In this document: in pieces, positions 37,120-46,525 of the stretch
Layout of the letters: each line of letters opens with the position of its first letter
How positions within the stretch are numbered: position 1 is the stretch's first letter
Assembly (NCBI GenBank): GCA_002788675.1
Contig: PFRS01000001.1
Location: 15,009 to 79,008, forward strand
Origin: Candidatus Pacebacteria bacterium CG_4_9_14_0_2_um_filter_40_15
GTDB lineage: Bacteria; Patescibacteriota; Microgenomatia; UBA1400; PJMF01
Direction of reading: 5' to 3'
DNA length: 64,000 nucleotides
Notes under the pieces: model-generated
Databases searched by the model: none
The model's input: only the letters and a program-made list of their open reading frames with translations
What the model was told of the DNA's origin: nothing
Program-made: the position numbers and the translations under genes

Positions 37120-37926
37120 ATGAAGTTTACCACACTTTCATTTTCTAACCACCCAGACATCATCGTTCCAGAATATCTCACTTTAGTCTATCCAGACGAC
37201 TCACAATTGCCACTTTCAGAGCAGCATTTTCTGCTCTCAATTCCATGGAATGACGAGTATCTACAATTAGTTCCCACAGAGTACCAAGATTTTTTCAAAG
37301 CTGTTTTACCACATTTGCATGCCCGCACAACGGATGTCCATACTGCCACTTGTTGTACCTATATCGACAGTATTTGTACTGCTATTTCTGCTGAACTTGG
37401 ACTGTCAAATATCAATAAAAAAGTTGTCACACTGGCTCTCATTTTGCATGATAGTGGGTGGAGCAAACTCACTGAATTTGAGGTTGCCGCAAGCTTAGGT
37501 GTCAGCGGTTTAGCACTCACAAAATCAGCCATGGGACCTAAAGAAAAACATGCTGTTGAAGGTGTTGCACTTGCCACTGAAATTCTTCAGTCGCACGCAG
37601 ATGAGCTTTCACTTTCAGCCGACGAAATTAACCTTATTCTTAAAGCAGTACGGTTCCACGATCAACCTGAAAAAGTCGCTGCCCAGGGAAATTCTATACC
37701 TGCTGAAGTACGAGCTTTAGTCGATTTAGACCATTTGTGGTCGTTTACTCAGGCAAATTTTTGGCAAGATATCTATAGAAAGGGCATAGCAACCCCACAA
37801 ACCTACCTTGATAACCTTTCCCGCGACCTTCCAACCTATTTTGTAACCCAGTCGGGCAGAGAACTAGCCCTAAAACTCCTCTCAGAACGTCAAAATGAGG
37901 TCTCTGAGTTCCCACAGGTCAAGTAA
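37120..37926 (+). CDS. HD-domain phosphohydrolase-like protein. The start is trimmed to the ATG at 37120, because the ORF tracker's start overlaps the tRNA.
   Basis: H...HD signature (VTLALILHDSGW), with further His and Asp residues downstream. Confidence 0.55.
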   Translation: MKFTTLSFSNHPDIIVPEYLTLVYPDDSQLPLSEQHFLLSIPWNDEYLQLVPTEYQDFFKAVLPHLHARTTDVHTATCCTYIDSICTAISAELGLSNINKKVVTLALILHDSGWSKLTEFEVAASLGVSGLALTKSAMGPKEKHAVEGVALATEILQSHADELSLSADEINLILKAVRFHDQPEKVAAQGNSIPAEVRALVDLDHLWSFTQANFWQDIYRKGIATPQTYLDNLSRDLPTYFVTQSGRELALKLLSERQNEVSEFPQVK

Positions 37927-38162
37927 TTGCTCTCAAAAACGGTTAAATAACACACGTTCCAGATACACACGCATAAAAATGATGTACTTGAATACATTAA
38001 TTACCCTTTTGATGCTATAAAATATTATTTGATTTTACGTATAAAAATAGTATTATTTGTATTTTCCAGATATAGTCAGAGAAGGGGAGGGTAAATAAGT
38101 TATATTAATATATCAAAAAGTATAATAATAGTTAAAAGAGTATGGAATGTGATCGAAAGACA

Positions 38163-39134
38163 CTACAAATCGGTGTGGTGCTCACGATGCGTTTTTTTAA
38201 GTTGTGGGCGAGTAACATGCGTGTAAATTTGAGTAGTGGAGATATTCTTATGCCCCAACATCTCCTGAACGTCTCGGAGCCCTGCTCCATTCGAAAGCAA
38301 GTCAGTTGCAAAGCTGTGTCGAATACCATGCGGACTAATCTTGATAGGCAAGTGAGCCTTGCGGCAATACTTGTCGACTATGCGCTGCACACTTCGAGTG
38401 GTGAGGCGCATTTCTTCACCTGAGTCAAGTAATTCAGGTTTCTTGCCTGCAAAACGCACAAAGACTGGCCGCCACTGATCTTCTCGAGAAGCAAGCCATC
38501 TATCCAACCAATCTGCTGCTCTATCACTTAAGAAAACTACTCGAGGTCTGCGACCTTTTCCAATCACACCAAATTCTCTGGATTTAATGTCAATCTGGTC
38601 TCGATTAAGAGAAATGAGCTCACTTACACGCAACCCTGTTGAGAACAAAACCTCAAGAATTGCCCGGTCTCTCAGGCCTGTTTTACTCGAGAGCAAAGGC
38701 TGGGCCAAGAGCTTTTCGATCTTTTCAATATTTAAAAACTTCATGTGCTGTGACTCAGACTTGGGTAAATCAATCTTTTCTGGGTGGAGAACTGGCACAT
38801 CGTTCTTGACTAGCCACTTCAGCATCGACCTGAGGGCAATGATGTAATACCCTTGCGTTTTCTTAGAAAGAGTTCTCCCTTTGTCATCTTCATACCGAGA
38901 GAGGTACATACGATATTCACGAACAGCATCTTGGTCAACCTTAGTAATGTCGGTAACTCCATACTCCTTTAACCAGTCAGCAAAACGACGGAGGTAATGC
39001 CCATAGTTACGCAGCGTTAATTTTGAAACATTACGTTCAACTTCTAAGTGTTCTAAAAAGACGACCATGCATGCATGCGGTTGTGTTGGGATTCCCATAG
39101 TACAGTCACTATACAGCTTTGACTCATACTTCAC
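38163..39134 (-). CDS. Tyrosine site-specific recombinase of the XerC/XerD family
   Basis: N-terminal SAM-like domain, RDRAILEVLFSTGLRVSELISL (Xer box I) and HGIRHSFATDLLSNGAGLRDVQEMLGHKNISTTQIYTHV (the R-H-R-Y catalytic residues including the nucleophile Tyr). Confidence 0.8.
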   Translation of the reverse strand: MKYESKLYSDCTMGIPTQPHACMVVFLEHLEVERNVSKLTLRNYGHYLRRFADWLKEYGVTDITKVDQDAVREYRMYLSRYEDDKGRTLSKKTQGYYIIALRSMLKWLVKNDVPVLHPEKIDLPKSESQHMKFLNIEKIEKLLAQPLLSSKTGLRDRAILEVLFSTGLRVSELISLNRDQIDIKSREFGVIGKGRRPRVVFLSDRAADWLDRWLASREDQWRPVFVRFAGKKPELLDSGEEMRLTTRSVQRIVDKYCRKAHLPIKISPHGIRHSFATDLLSNGAGLRDVQEMLGHKNISTTQIYTHVTRPQLKKTHREHHTDL

Positions 39135-39386
39135 AATGTTTTACGACAGAAATAGGTATTTTGGACTTGTTAAGCACATATTGCCACTACAATCGGCATT
39201 TCGAATGATGAGTAAGTCACCTACTAATTAAAAAGCCGATTTTGAGGCTCCTAGAGCCTTTTAGCCTGGTGTACGGGCATTTTTAGATAGCAACCACACG
39301 CTTATAACCCCACGCACTAGGTTTAGCTCACACATTTCTGCACTCCAATACCTCCCCACTCCAAAGAGACCTCAATATATTATTTT

Positions 39387-39630
39387 TATGTCGCACAATA
39401 TTTACGGACGAGCAGAAGCACTGTGGTGAAGCAGGCCAATCCTGCCAAATAGCCAAAATTGACCTAGCCAAGACCGAGGGAGAACTCAGGCAAAAAAGAT
39501 AAAAAAGAATAAAAATAAAAACAATTAGAGAGTCAGGGCATAGAAATAAAAAAGTGAAAAATGCAATTTGCAAACGAGCTGTCTCAAGTACAATTAGCCT
39601 TACGTCGTAAAAGTTATATTGTGCGACATA
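39387..39630. repeat. 15-bp perfect inverted-repeat pair (tatgtcgcacaatat at 39387-39401 and atattgtgcgacata at 39616-39630) bracketing 214 bp of A-rich non-coding sequence. It could be a MITE-like element or a structured RNA locus.
   Basis: Direct reading. The region lies inside a 1.2-kb stretch with no credible ORF. Confidence 0.6.
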
Positions 39631-40344
39631 ACAAATATTGGGCAATATGGGGGTCTCTCAAAAGAGGGGTTTCCTCTCTCACTGCCGCACAGTATGTTAC
39701 AAAGTAATAATGTATGTGTACCTTTTTATTCAAAAGTATCCCCATTTCACACTCTTGCTACCTCTAGGTAGATTGCCCTAAATGCCTCAATTCCGGTGTC
39801 TCACCAAACACCGCTTCGGGTTTTCTTTATTCTTGCAGGCACCTGAGGTCTCCCCAGAGGAGCACCAGGCTAGTATGCCTGTTTAGTTATTCTTGCATAT
39901 ACACCACTTCTGTTACACGATATGGCTGTGTATAAGTATATATTTAGCCTGGTACAAACTCAATAATGTCCTATAGTTTTTAAAGTTATCCACATGATAA
40001 GTCCTATAATTTCACATGTTTCACGCTCGTACATATCAAAGTGTATCAAACTATATCACTTCCCCATTCTTCCAGGCTAACTGAAATCTTTTTTTGCTCA
40101 CTTCTCCACTGATTTTTTTAATATATTTTATGGTATTTATCGATTTTTTATGTCTAATTTTATATTTATCTATTATTTTTGCTTGGTATTTAGCTATTAA
40201 AAGTTGCATTACTGTCACCTTGTATACCTCAAGAACAGATTTTCACTACTCCTCTGCTCTTACCCGTACATTTCCCGCCTGGACTCCAGGCAAAGAAAAA
40301 TGCCAAAAAAATGAATAAATAGTGACAATTTTTGTGAAAAAAAA

Positions 40345-41112
40345 TTACTTAAGCGGTACAACGAAAGCGAAAACTAAGGCTATAAACAGTGCTACCAGGC
40401 TATATTCTGTCAGCGTACGAGTAAAAAGACGTCCTTTAAGCGCTGCTTGAAGTATTCCTACACCAATATAGAGCAAGGACATAACAAACAACGCATCGTA
40501 CCAGACTGACAACGGGAAAAATGAGATAATTACCCCAACTTCAGCAAGAATAAGCGCTAACACTGTTGACAACTGCAGAGTCTCTTTTTGAATCTTTTGC
40601 TCGAGGTTTACCGACCACAGCGAAGTGAAAATCAAAGGAAAATGCAACACACCAATAAACAAGCCATTCAAAAAAAACGGAAACTTGAGAGAAAAAACAG
40701 TGTTACTCAGCAATAATGAGGTTACTAGGGTCACAATCAGCGAAATTGCCTGGGCTGCGTGCACTAACTGGATTGTTCGTCCCTTTGCAACCGAAAAAAT
40801 GTTGGCCGTAAGATAGATTGCGTACATACCAACGCCAAAAAATACTAACAGTAATATACGGGACAAAACGTTAGGTGGAAGTAAAAAGTAAAAGAGACTA
40901 ACAGAGACAGCATATAAAGCCGGAAATGGCACGATTGTAAGCCGCTCGTGTGGCTGCAAATCATCGTGTAATGCCCATGAACTCACAAGATAGGTAACAA
41001 CAAAAAATGCCAATACTGCCCAATATCTAAAGTCCAATGCAGTCACTTGCACACCAAGCAAGCCAAAACTCAGCAAAATTGCAGCAATCACAAATTTTTC
41101 TCGTCTTCTCAT
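40345..41112 (-). CDS. Polytopic membrane protein of unknown function
   Basis: 255 aa with about 8 hydrophobic helices. Confidence 0.5.
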   Translation of the reverse strand: MRRREKFVIAAILLSFGLLGVQVTALDFRYWAVLAFFVVTYLVSSWALHDDLQPHERLTIVPFPALYAVSVSLFYFLLPPNVLSRILLLVFFGVGMYAIYLTANIFSVAKGRTIQLVHAAQAISLIVTLVTSLLLSNTVFSLKFPFFLNGLFIGVLHFPLIFTSLWSVNLEQKIQKETLQLSTVLALILAEVGVIISFFPLSVWYDALFVMSLLYIGVGILQAALKGRLFTRTLTEYSLVALFIALVFAFVVPLK

Positions 41113-41149
41113 ACGCTGGGCCTCATGTTACTTATAGCAGATGTGAGCA

Positions 41150-41722
41150 TTACTCTTCACTGTCATTTTCAATAGCATCAGTAGCAAAGTATACATCTTC
41201 AATGTCATCCATTTCTCGGATAGCATCAATCAGTTTTTTTAGCTGCTGCTTAACTTCTTCATCTTCAACGTCAATGTTCATGGTAGCTTCGTAGCCACCG
41301 TCTTGAGCTCTCTGAAACATATACATGGCACTTCCAGGACTCCCCAATGAGCCACTGTTGCGAGAGAATGCAAATTTAATTTCGCCAGCAGTACGGTTCA
41401 CGTTATCGGTATGCGCCACAGCAATTATGGCAACTCCGCCGGGACCAAACCCTTCATAGGCTATTTCTTGGATAGTTGCACCAGTGGCTGATTTACCCAT
41501 GCCACGTTCGATTGCCTTCTGAATTTTGTCTTTGGGCATGTTTGCTACTCGAGCTTTATCGAGGGCAAATCGCAATCCTGGATTAAATTTTGGATCGTCA
41601 GAAGATCCTTCCTTAACTGCAATACGAATTAATTTTGCAACCTCCCCAAAGGCTTTTGCTCGAGCAATGTCTTGCGCACCTTTTCTATTCTTGATGTTAT
41701 TCCACTTGCTATGACCAGACAT
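41150..41722 (-). CDS. YebC/PmpR-family probable transcriptional regulator (DUF28), a short 190-aa form
   Basis: N-terminal MSGHSKWNNIKNRKGAQDIARAKAF matches the YebC signature MAGHSKWANIKHRK. Confidence 0.65.
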   Translation of the reverse strand: MSGHSKWNNIKNRKGAQDIARAKAFGEVAKLIRIAVKEGSSDDPKFNPGLRFALDKARVANMPKDKIQKAIERGMGKSATGATIQEIAYEGFGPGGVAIIAVAHTDNVNRTAGEIKFAFSRNSGSLGSPGSAMYMFQRAQDGGYEATMNIDVEDEEVKQQLKKLIDAIREMDDIEDVYFATDAIENDSEE

Positions 41723-41949
41723 AGAACCTTTCTGAATCGCTATTATTGTGTGTGTATATCTCCTGTGTGGTGAAGTTATTATACCGCAGGCCCTGACGAA
41801 AGGTGTAGCCTAAATCAACTATTCTGTGTATACTGTTTCAGCCTCGAGGGAAGTAGAAAATTGGCATTTGTTATTTAAATATTTTTTGCTACAATCTACA
41901 TCCGAAATCTACATCTAAAAACACCAGGTAATTTGGAAGAAAGTTTGAG

Positions 41950-42699
41950 ATGAACACGCAAGCAGCCCTAAGACTAAAAGCTATCAAAAATGCTAAAGAA
42001 GGCCTCTGGGAAACAGCAATTGAGACAAACCTATCTCTCATTACAATCGACCCTAAAGACACCAACGCCTACAACCGTTTGGGTGTTGCCTACCTCCAAC
42101 TCGGAAAAACACGTTTAGCCACCAAACAATTTAAACAATCACTCGATCTTGATAGAAATAATAAGATTGCTAAGAAACAACTCGAGAGAATTAAAAATAA
42201 ACAAACTATTTCTCCAGCCTTTGTTTCACAGCACTTTATTGAAGAACCTGGTAAAACAAAAACTGTTGAACTTACGCGCCTAGCAGGCAAGGAAACGCTC
42301 GATAATCTCTCCGTAGGTAAATCATGCAAACTTGTCATCAAAAACCGCTACATTTCGATCATGGTCGATAACGCCTATATTGGTGCATTACCTGAAGATC
42401 TTTCATTCAGACTAACAAAACTTATCAACACAGGAAACATCTACTCTTGCGCTGTCCGCTCAGCTTGCAGAAAAGCATGCGAGGTGTACATTCGTGAAGA
42501 AGAACGTTCAAAACAAAATGCGCTTACACACTCATTCCCACCAAATAAAATTGCTTTAAGTAGTTTAAATGACGATACTGACTTTGATGATACATTAACT
42601 CTCGAGGAAAATATCCCAGTCGAAATTGTTGAAACAGATACCGACAGCGAAAAAAACCTTGACGAATTCAATACTGAAGACGTAATTAGAAATCACTAA
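41950..42699 (+). CDS. TPR-repeat protein with a Cys-containing C-terminal region
   Basis: TPR-like helical repeats (NAYNRLGVAYLQLGKTRLATKQFKQSLDLD). Confidence 0.45.
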   Translation: MNTQAALRLKAIKNAKEGLWETAIETNLSLITIDPKDTNAYNRLGVAYLQLGKTRLATKQFKQSLDLDRNNKIAKKQLERIKNKQTISPAFVSQHFIEEPGKTKTVELTRLAGKETLDNLSVGKSCKLVIKNRYISIMVDNAYIGALPEDLSFRLTKLINTGNIYSCAVRSACRKACEVYIREEERSKQNALTHSFPPNKIALSSLNDDTDFDDTLTLEENIPVEIVETDTDSEKNLDEFNTEDVIRNH

Positions 42700-42746
42700 T
42701 CTCAGTCTGATCTCAATAGTTTTTGAGTTGCACAACAACTCAGTTG

Positions 42747-43955
42747 TTATTCTGTGGTTGAAACTGCCACATCATTTCCAAGCAAAATCACTATGTCTGC
42801 TCTGTAGCGCTTGGTTTCTGTGGTCTGCGGCTCACGTATGCTGGTTTCTGGAAAAAATGGCGCAAGTTTAGTGTACAAAGCTTCACACTCTGATTTCAAA
42901 TCTGGTGTAACCTGAAGATGCGTAACATCTTCAACTTGAGAAACACTATCCTCTCTCACCACATACACTCCATTTTGCTCGAGCAGATGCGCCGTATCAC
43001 GAGCTAAATTTCGCTTCCCTGTAGTATTAATTACGGCTATCGAACATGACTTTTCTTCTGGTGAAAGCTCTAGGGATGACGTCTCAAAAAAACTACTCGT
43101 GTCTTCATATGAATCTAAACTCTGAATATTTTCAGTCGTGTGAGCCATAAAACTTAAGCTTAAAATAGTAAGTGCATGTGAAGGATGACGGAGTGCCGTT
43201 CTCAGTGCAATGGCTCTGAGCTCACTCGCTACTGAGCTGGAGAAAGGCATGTCGCTGTCTGTTGCAGTATCTACTGTGAGCGGTTCAGACATCACAATTT
43301 GATCAATCGGAATTTCAAATATACGACTCATAATTGATCGCATAGTTTCATCACTTTGTTGTTCCATTCGAAGGAGGGATGGCACTGCACCAACAGCATA
43401 TTTGCCATATCCATTCGGGACTTCAACTTCCTCACTGCCGTCAATGAGATATGCCGTAGTATGTTTTGGATCTTTGTCAAAATGTGCGAAGATAATTTTG
43501 CCCTTTAATGAGTCTATATTATCTGAAACGTACAAAATATTTCTTGTTCCAATCAAACTGAAAAGTACCGAAGGTAGTATGAAATTCCAAACGATACAAA
43601 AAATAAAAATCACGCCTAAAAGCGAAAAGACAACTCCACGTAGCATACTAATAAACACTGGTGTTTTACTACTCGATTTCGAACGTGTATTCGACGTGCG
43701 TCGAGTCCTAGTAACTTTAGTTTTCGCCTGAGATTTTGATCCCGTTTTAGTAGACTTAGCACTCGTAGAAGTGACGCTTTTCTTAGCGGCACTGCTTAAG
43801 CGACGTGACCCACTACGCACAGACTTCGCTGTCGAAGTCGACTTCTTTACTGTTCGTCGTGTAGCTGTGGTTGATGCTGCAGCTCGACGACTTCTTGGAG
43901 TGGTCTTCGCAGCAGATCTTCGAGATGTTAGTGGCTTCCGGGCAGGTGTGGCCAT
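42747..43955 (-). CDS. Membrane-anchored protein with a roughly 100-aa Lys/Arg/Ser/Thr-rich cytoplasmic tail, a single TM helix, and a C-terminal LytR_C-like domain
   Basis: The N-terminus is an extreme basic low-complexity tract. The TM segment is VVFSLLGVIFIFCIVW. The C-terminal segment ...IAVINTTGKRNLARDTAHLLEQNGVYVV...ADIVILLGND resembles the LytR C-terminal domain. Confidence 0.45.
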   Translation of the reverse strand: MATPARKPLTSRRSAAKTTPRSRRAAASTTATRRTVKKSTSTAKSVRSGSRRLSSAAKKSVTSTSAKSTKTGSKSQAKTKVTRTRRTSNTRSKSSSKTPVFISMLRGVVFSLLGVIFIFCIVWNFILPSVLFSLIGTRNILYVSDNIDSLKGKIIFAHFDKDPKHTTAYLIDGSEEVEVPNGYGKYAVGAVPSLLRMEQQSDETMRSIMSRIFEIPIDQIVMSEPLTVDTATDSDMPFSSSVASELRAIALRTALRHPSHALTILSLSFMAHTTENIQSLDSYEDTSSFFETSSLELSPEEKSCSIAVINTTGKRNLARDTAHLLEQNGVYVVREDSVSQVEDVTHLQVTPDLKSECEALYTKLAPFFPETSIREPQTTETKRYRADIVILLGNDVAVSTTE

Positions 43956-43980
43956 AAAAAATACTTCTTAAGTGTTTCTA

Positions 43981-45171
43981 TTATTGTTCTAGTATATAAC
44001 TTCGCAGCTGCTCTGTCAGCCGAATCATGAAGCGTAGGTTATGTTGCGTTGCTAATCTGAAGTATGAAAGTTCTTTCGTTTTGTACAAATGACGCAGATA
44101 GCCACGGGTATATCCAGCTTTACATGTTTCACAATCGCATCCTTCTTGAATCAGACCAGAATCAGTTGTGTACGCCGCCGCACCAATCGACATACGTCCA
44201 TTTTTGAATTCGGACTGGAATACTGGTTCACCATTTTCAATTTCAAGTGAACCTACATACAGTGAACCATTGCGCGCCAGCCTGGCTGGAGCGACACAAT
44301 CAAACATATCGAATCCCATCTTAACACCATCGACTAAATCAATAGGATTCATACCCATACCCATGGCATAGCGAGGTTTTTCCTTCGGCATCAGTGGTTC
44401 AATCCACTCCATCACGCGACGCGTGCCATCAAGGTCATAGCCAACAGTTTCACCACCCAAAGCAACTCCATCAAAATCGAGACTGACAATATGTTCTACT
44501 GCTTCTCGACGTAGATCTTCAAAAAGTCCCCCTTGGATAATGCCAAAAAGAGATTGGTAGGTACCATAGACACTTCTGCGATCATGTTTTTCCCAGTACT
44601 CATAGCAGGCAGTCGCCCATCTGTTTGTTTTTGCAAGTGAATCGACTGCGTATTCGTGCGGTTTACTATCTGGAAGCGCTTCATCAAAGGCCATCATAAT
44701 GTCAGAACCAATTTCACGCTGAATTTGAATTGATTTTTCAGGAGTAAATGTATGCTTAGAACCATCCAGATGTGACCTGAACTCAACGCCATCATCACTA
44801 ATCTTTACACTTGGACCACTTTTTTGTGATGAACCATCTTGTTTATGAGCAATAGCATCACCTAAAGACAGTACCTGAAACCCACCTGAGTCGGTCAAAA
44901 TAGGTTTGTCCCACTGCATAAAAGCATGGAGACCTCCCATCTCTTGCATCGTCTGCATTCCCGGACGTAAATACAAATGGTAGGTATTTCCTAAAATTAT
45001 ATGTGCTTGGGTATTTTTAACATCGGCTGAATCAAGTGCTTTGACTGAACCCACGGTGCCAACTGGCATAAAAATAGGAGTCTGCACCACTCCATGAGGT
45101 GTGGTCATCGTGCCCGCACGCATTTTGCCTTTGGTTTTGAGTAATTTGAAACTAAATTCTTTATTTGCCAT
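43981..45171 (-). CDS. tgt: Queuine tRNA-ribosyltransferase. The start is trimmed to MANKEF.. at 45171.
   Basis: VQTPIFMPVGTVGSVK, LGGETVG and the zinc motif CDCETC...H. Confidence 0.8.
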   Translation of the reverse strand: MANKEFSFKLLKTKGKMRAGTMTTPHGVVQTPIFMPVGTVGSVKALDSADVKNTQAHIILGNTYHLYLRPGMQTMQEMGGLHAFMQWDKPILTDSGGFQVLSLGDAIAHKQDGSSQKSGPSVKISDDGVEFRSHLDGSKHTFTPEKSIQIQREIGSDIMMAFDEALPDSKPHEYAVDSLAKTNRWATACYEYWEKHDRRSVYGTYQSLFGIIQGGLFEDLRREAVEHIVSLDFDGVALGGETVGYDLDGTRRVMEWIEPLMPKEKPRYAMGMGMNPIDLVDGVKMGFDMFDCVAPARLARNGSLYVGSLEIENGEPVFQSEFKNGRMSIGAAAYTTDSGLIQEGCDCETCKAGYTRGYLRHLYKTKELSYFRLATQHNLRFMIRLTEQLRSYILEQ

Positions 45172-45265
45172 AGGGACTATTATACCAGTAACAGTGATGA
45201 AGGTTTTTGATTCAGCCTGACGATAGTAGATGAAGCGAAAACCTTCATCCTGTACAATATGCGTC

Positions 45266-46363
45266 ATGAAACTCACTCTCAACGACTTCGACTATTACCT
45301 GCCACCAGAACGCATCGCAAAGTACCCGGCGGAACCTCGCGATAGCAGTCGCCTGCTTGTTGTTGATCGCACCACAGGAGAAATCAAAGACGATTATTTC
45401 TACAACCTAGGAGTGTACTTAAACCCTGGCGATGTAATTGTTCGCAATAACACCAAAGTAATTCCTGCCCGCATTGTTGGTAAAAAAGACACTGGCGGCA
45501 AACTTGAGCTTCTTCTTGTTAAAAAAATCTCTCATACAGCTACCGTTGAAACTTGGGAATGTCTGAGTAAACCGGGACTCAAAGTTGATCAAAAAGGTAT
45601 TTTTAGTGATGTACTCCAAGCTACCTGTACAGGCATTTGTGAAGATGCCTACACCCGCACGGTTGAATTTAATATGGCTGGACCAGAATTTATCGCTGAA
45701 CTCACTCGCATTGGAATTACTCCCCTGCCCCCTTATATTGCTGAGGCTCACACTGATGAAAATGTTTTTAGAGAACAATATCAGACCATTTACGCCAAGT
45801 TTGATGGCTCTGCAGCAGCGCCAACCGCTGGGCTCCACTTTACCAAAAAGCTGGATGAAAACTTAAAAAAACACGGCATTCACATTGTTGAAGTTACCCT
45901 ACATGTCGGCTTGGGCACTTTTCTACCGGTAAAAACAGAAAATATTACTGAACATCACATGCACAGTGAATGGTTTGAACTTCCGGCTGAAACTGCTGCG
46001 GCAGTTCAAAAAGCGAAAGATAATGGTAATCGAGTTATTGCTGTAGGCACTACTTCAAATCGCGTTTTGGAGTCGTGTTCTTCTCTAAATTCAGAAGGTG
46101 AATTTACAATTACACCACAGATTGCCGATACCGATATCTACATCTATCCACCATACAAATTTGTTTGTGTTGATACTCTAATCACGAACTTTCACTTACC
46201 TAAATCAACCTTACTAATGCTGGTCTCTGCATTTGTGAGCCAACCCAACTCTGATGAATTATTCACAAAATTTTGCGAGTCACTTATTGGCCGTGCATAC
46301 ACTTATGCTATCAAAAATGAGTATAGATTTTATTCTTTTGGCGATGGGATGATTATACTCTAG
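45266..46363 (+). CDS. queA: S-adenosylmethionine:tRNA ribosyltransferase-isomerase. The start is trimmed to MKLTLNDFDY at 45266.
   Basis: The QueA N-terminal pattern DFDYYLPPERIAKYPAEPRDSSRLLV, and its divergent pairing with tgt. Confidence 0.8.
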   Translation: MKLTLNDFDYYLPPERIAKYPAEPRDSSRLLVVDRTTGEIKDDYFYNLGVYLNPGDVIVRNNTKVIPARIVGKKDTGGKLELLLVKKISHTATVETWECLSKPGLKVDQKGIFSDVLQATCTGICEDAYTRTVEFNMAGPEFIAELTRIGITPLPPYIAEAHTDENVFREQYQTIYAKFDGSAAAPTAGLHFTKKLDENLKKHGIHIVEVTLHVGLGTFLPVKTENITEHHMHSEWFELPAETAAAVQKAKDNGNRVIAVGTTSNRVLESCSSLNSEGEFTITPQIADTDIYIYPPYKFVCVDTLITNFHLPKSTLLMLVSAFVSQPNSDELFTKFCESLIGRAYTYAIKNEYRFYSFGDGMIIL

Positions 46364-46525
46364 AAAGATATATTTTATCTTATAATAATTTACAAAAGGC
46401 TTAAAATAGTCTATAATGGAATGTCATTATTTTTTCAGTTAGGTATTTTTATCTAATCTGAAGGAATAGCACACCTTTAACAACTTTTCTCACCCCACGC
46501 TACCCATGAAGTCGGAGGATTTCAA

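Noticed and set aside
39328-39645. 105-aa minus-strand ORF inside the 1.2-kb non-coding region
   Set aside because: The translation is low-complexity (FFTFLFLCPDSLIVFIFILFYLF..). It is driven by the poly-A/T tract, has no RBS, and overlaps the inverted-repeat element.
39135-40344. tmRNA or RNase P RNA in the large non-coding region
   Set aside because: No tRNA-like 3' end (GGTTCGAATCC-type), no RNase P P4 motifs (AGGAAAGUCCGG / ACAGAACCCGGCUUA) and no tag-peptide ORF were found on either strand.
45172-45282. ORF-track N-terminal extensions of tgt (to 45282) and queA (from 45230), which overlap each other
   Set aside because: Both extensions lack homology to Tgt and QueA N-termini. The conserved starts (MANKEF.. 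and MKLTLNDFDY..) leave a normal divergent promoter gap.
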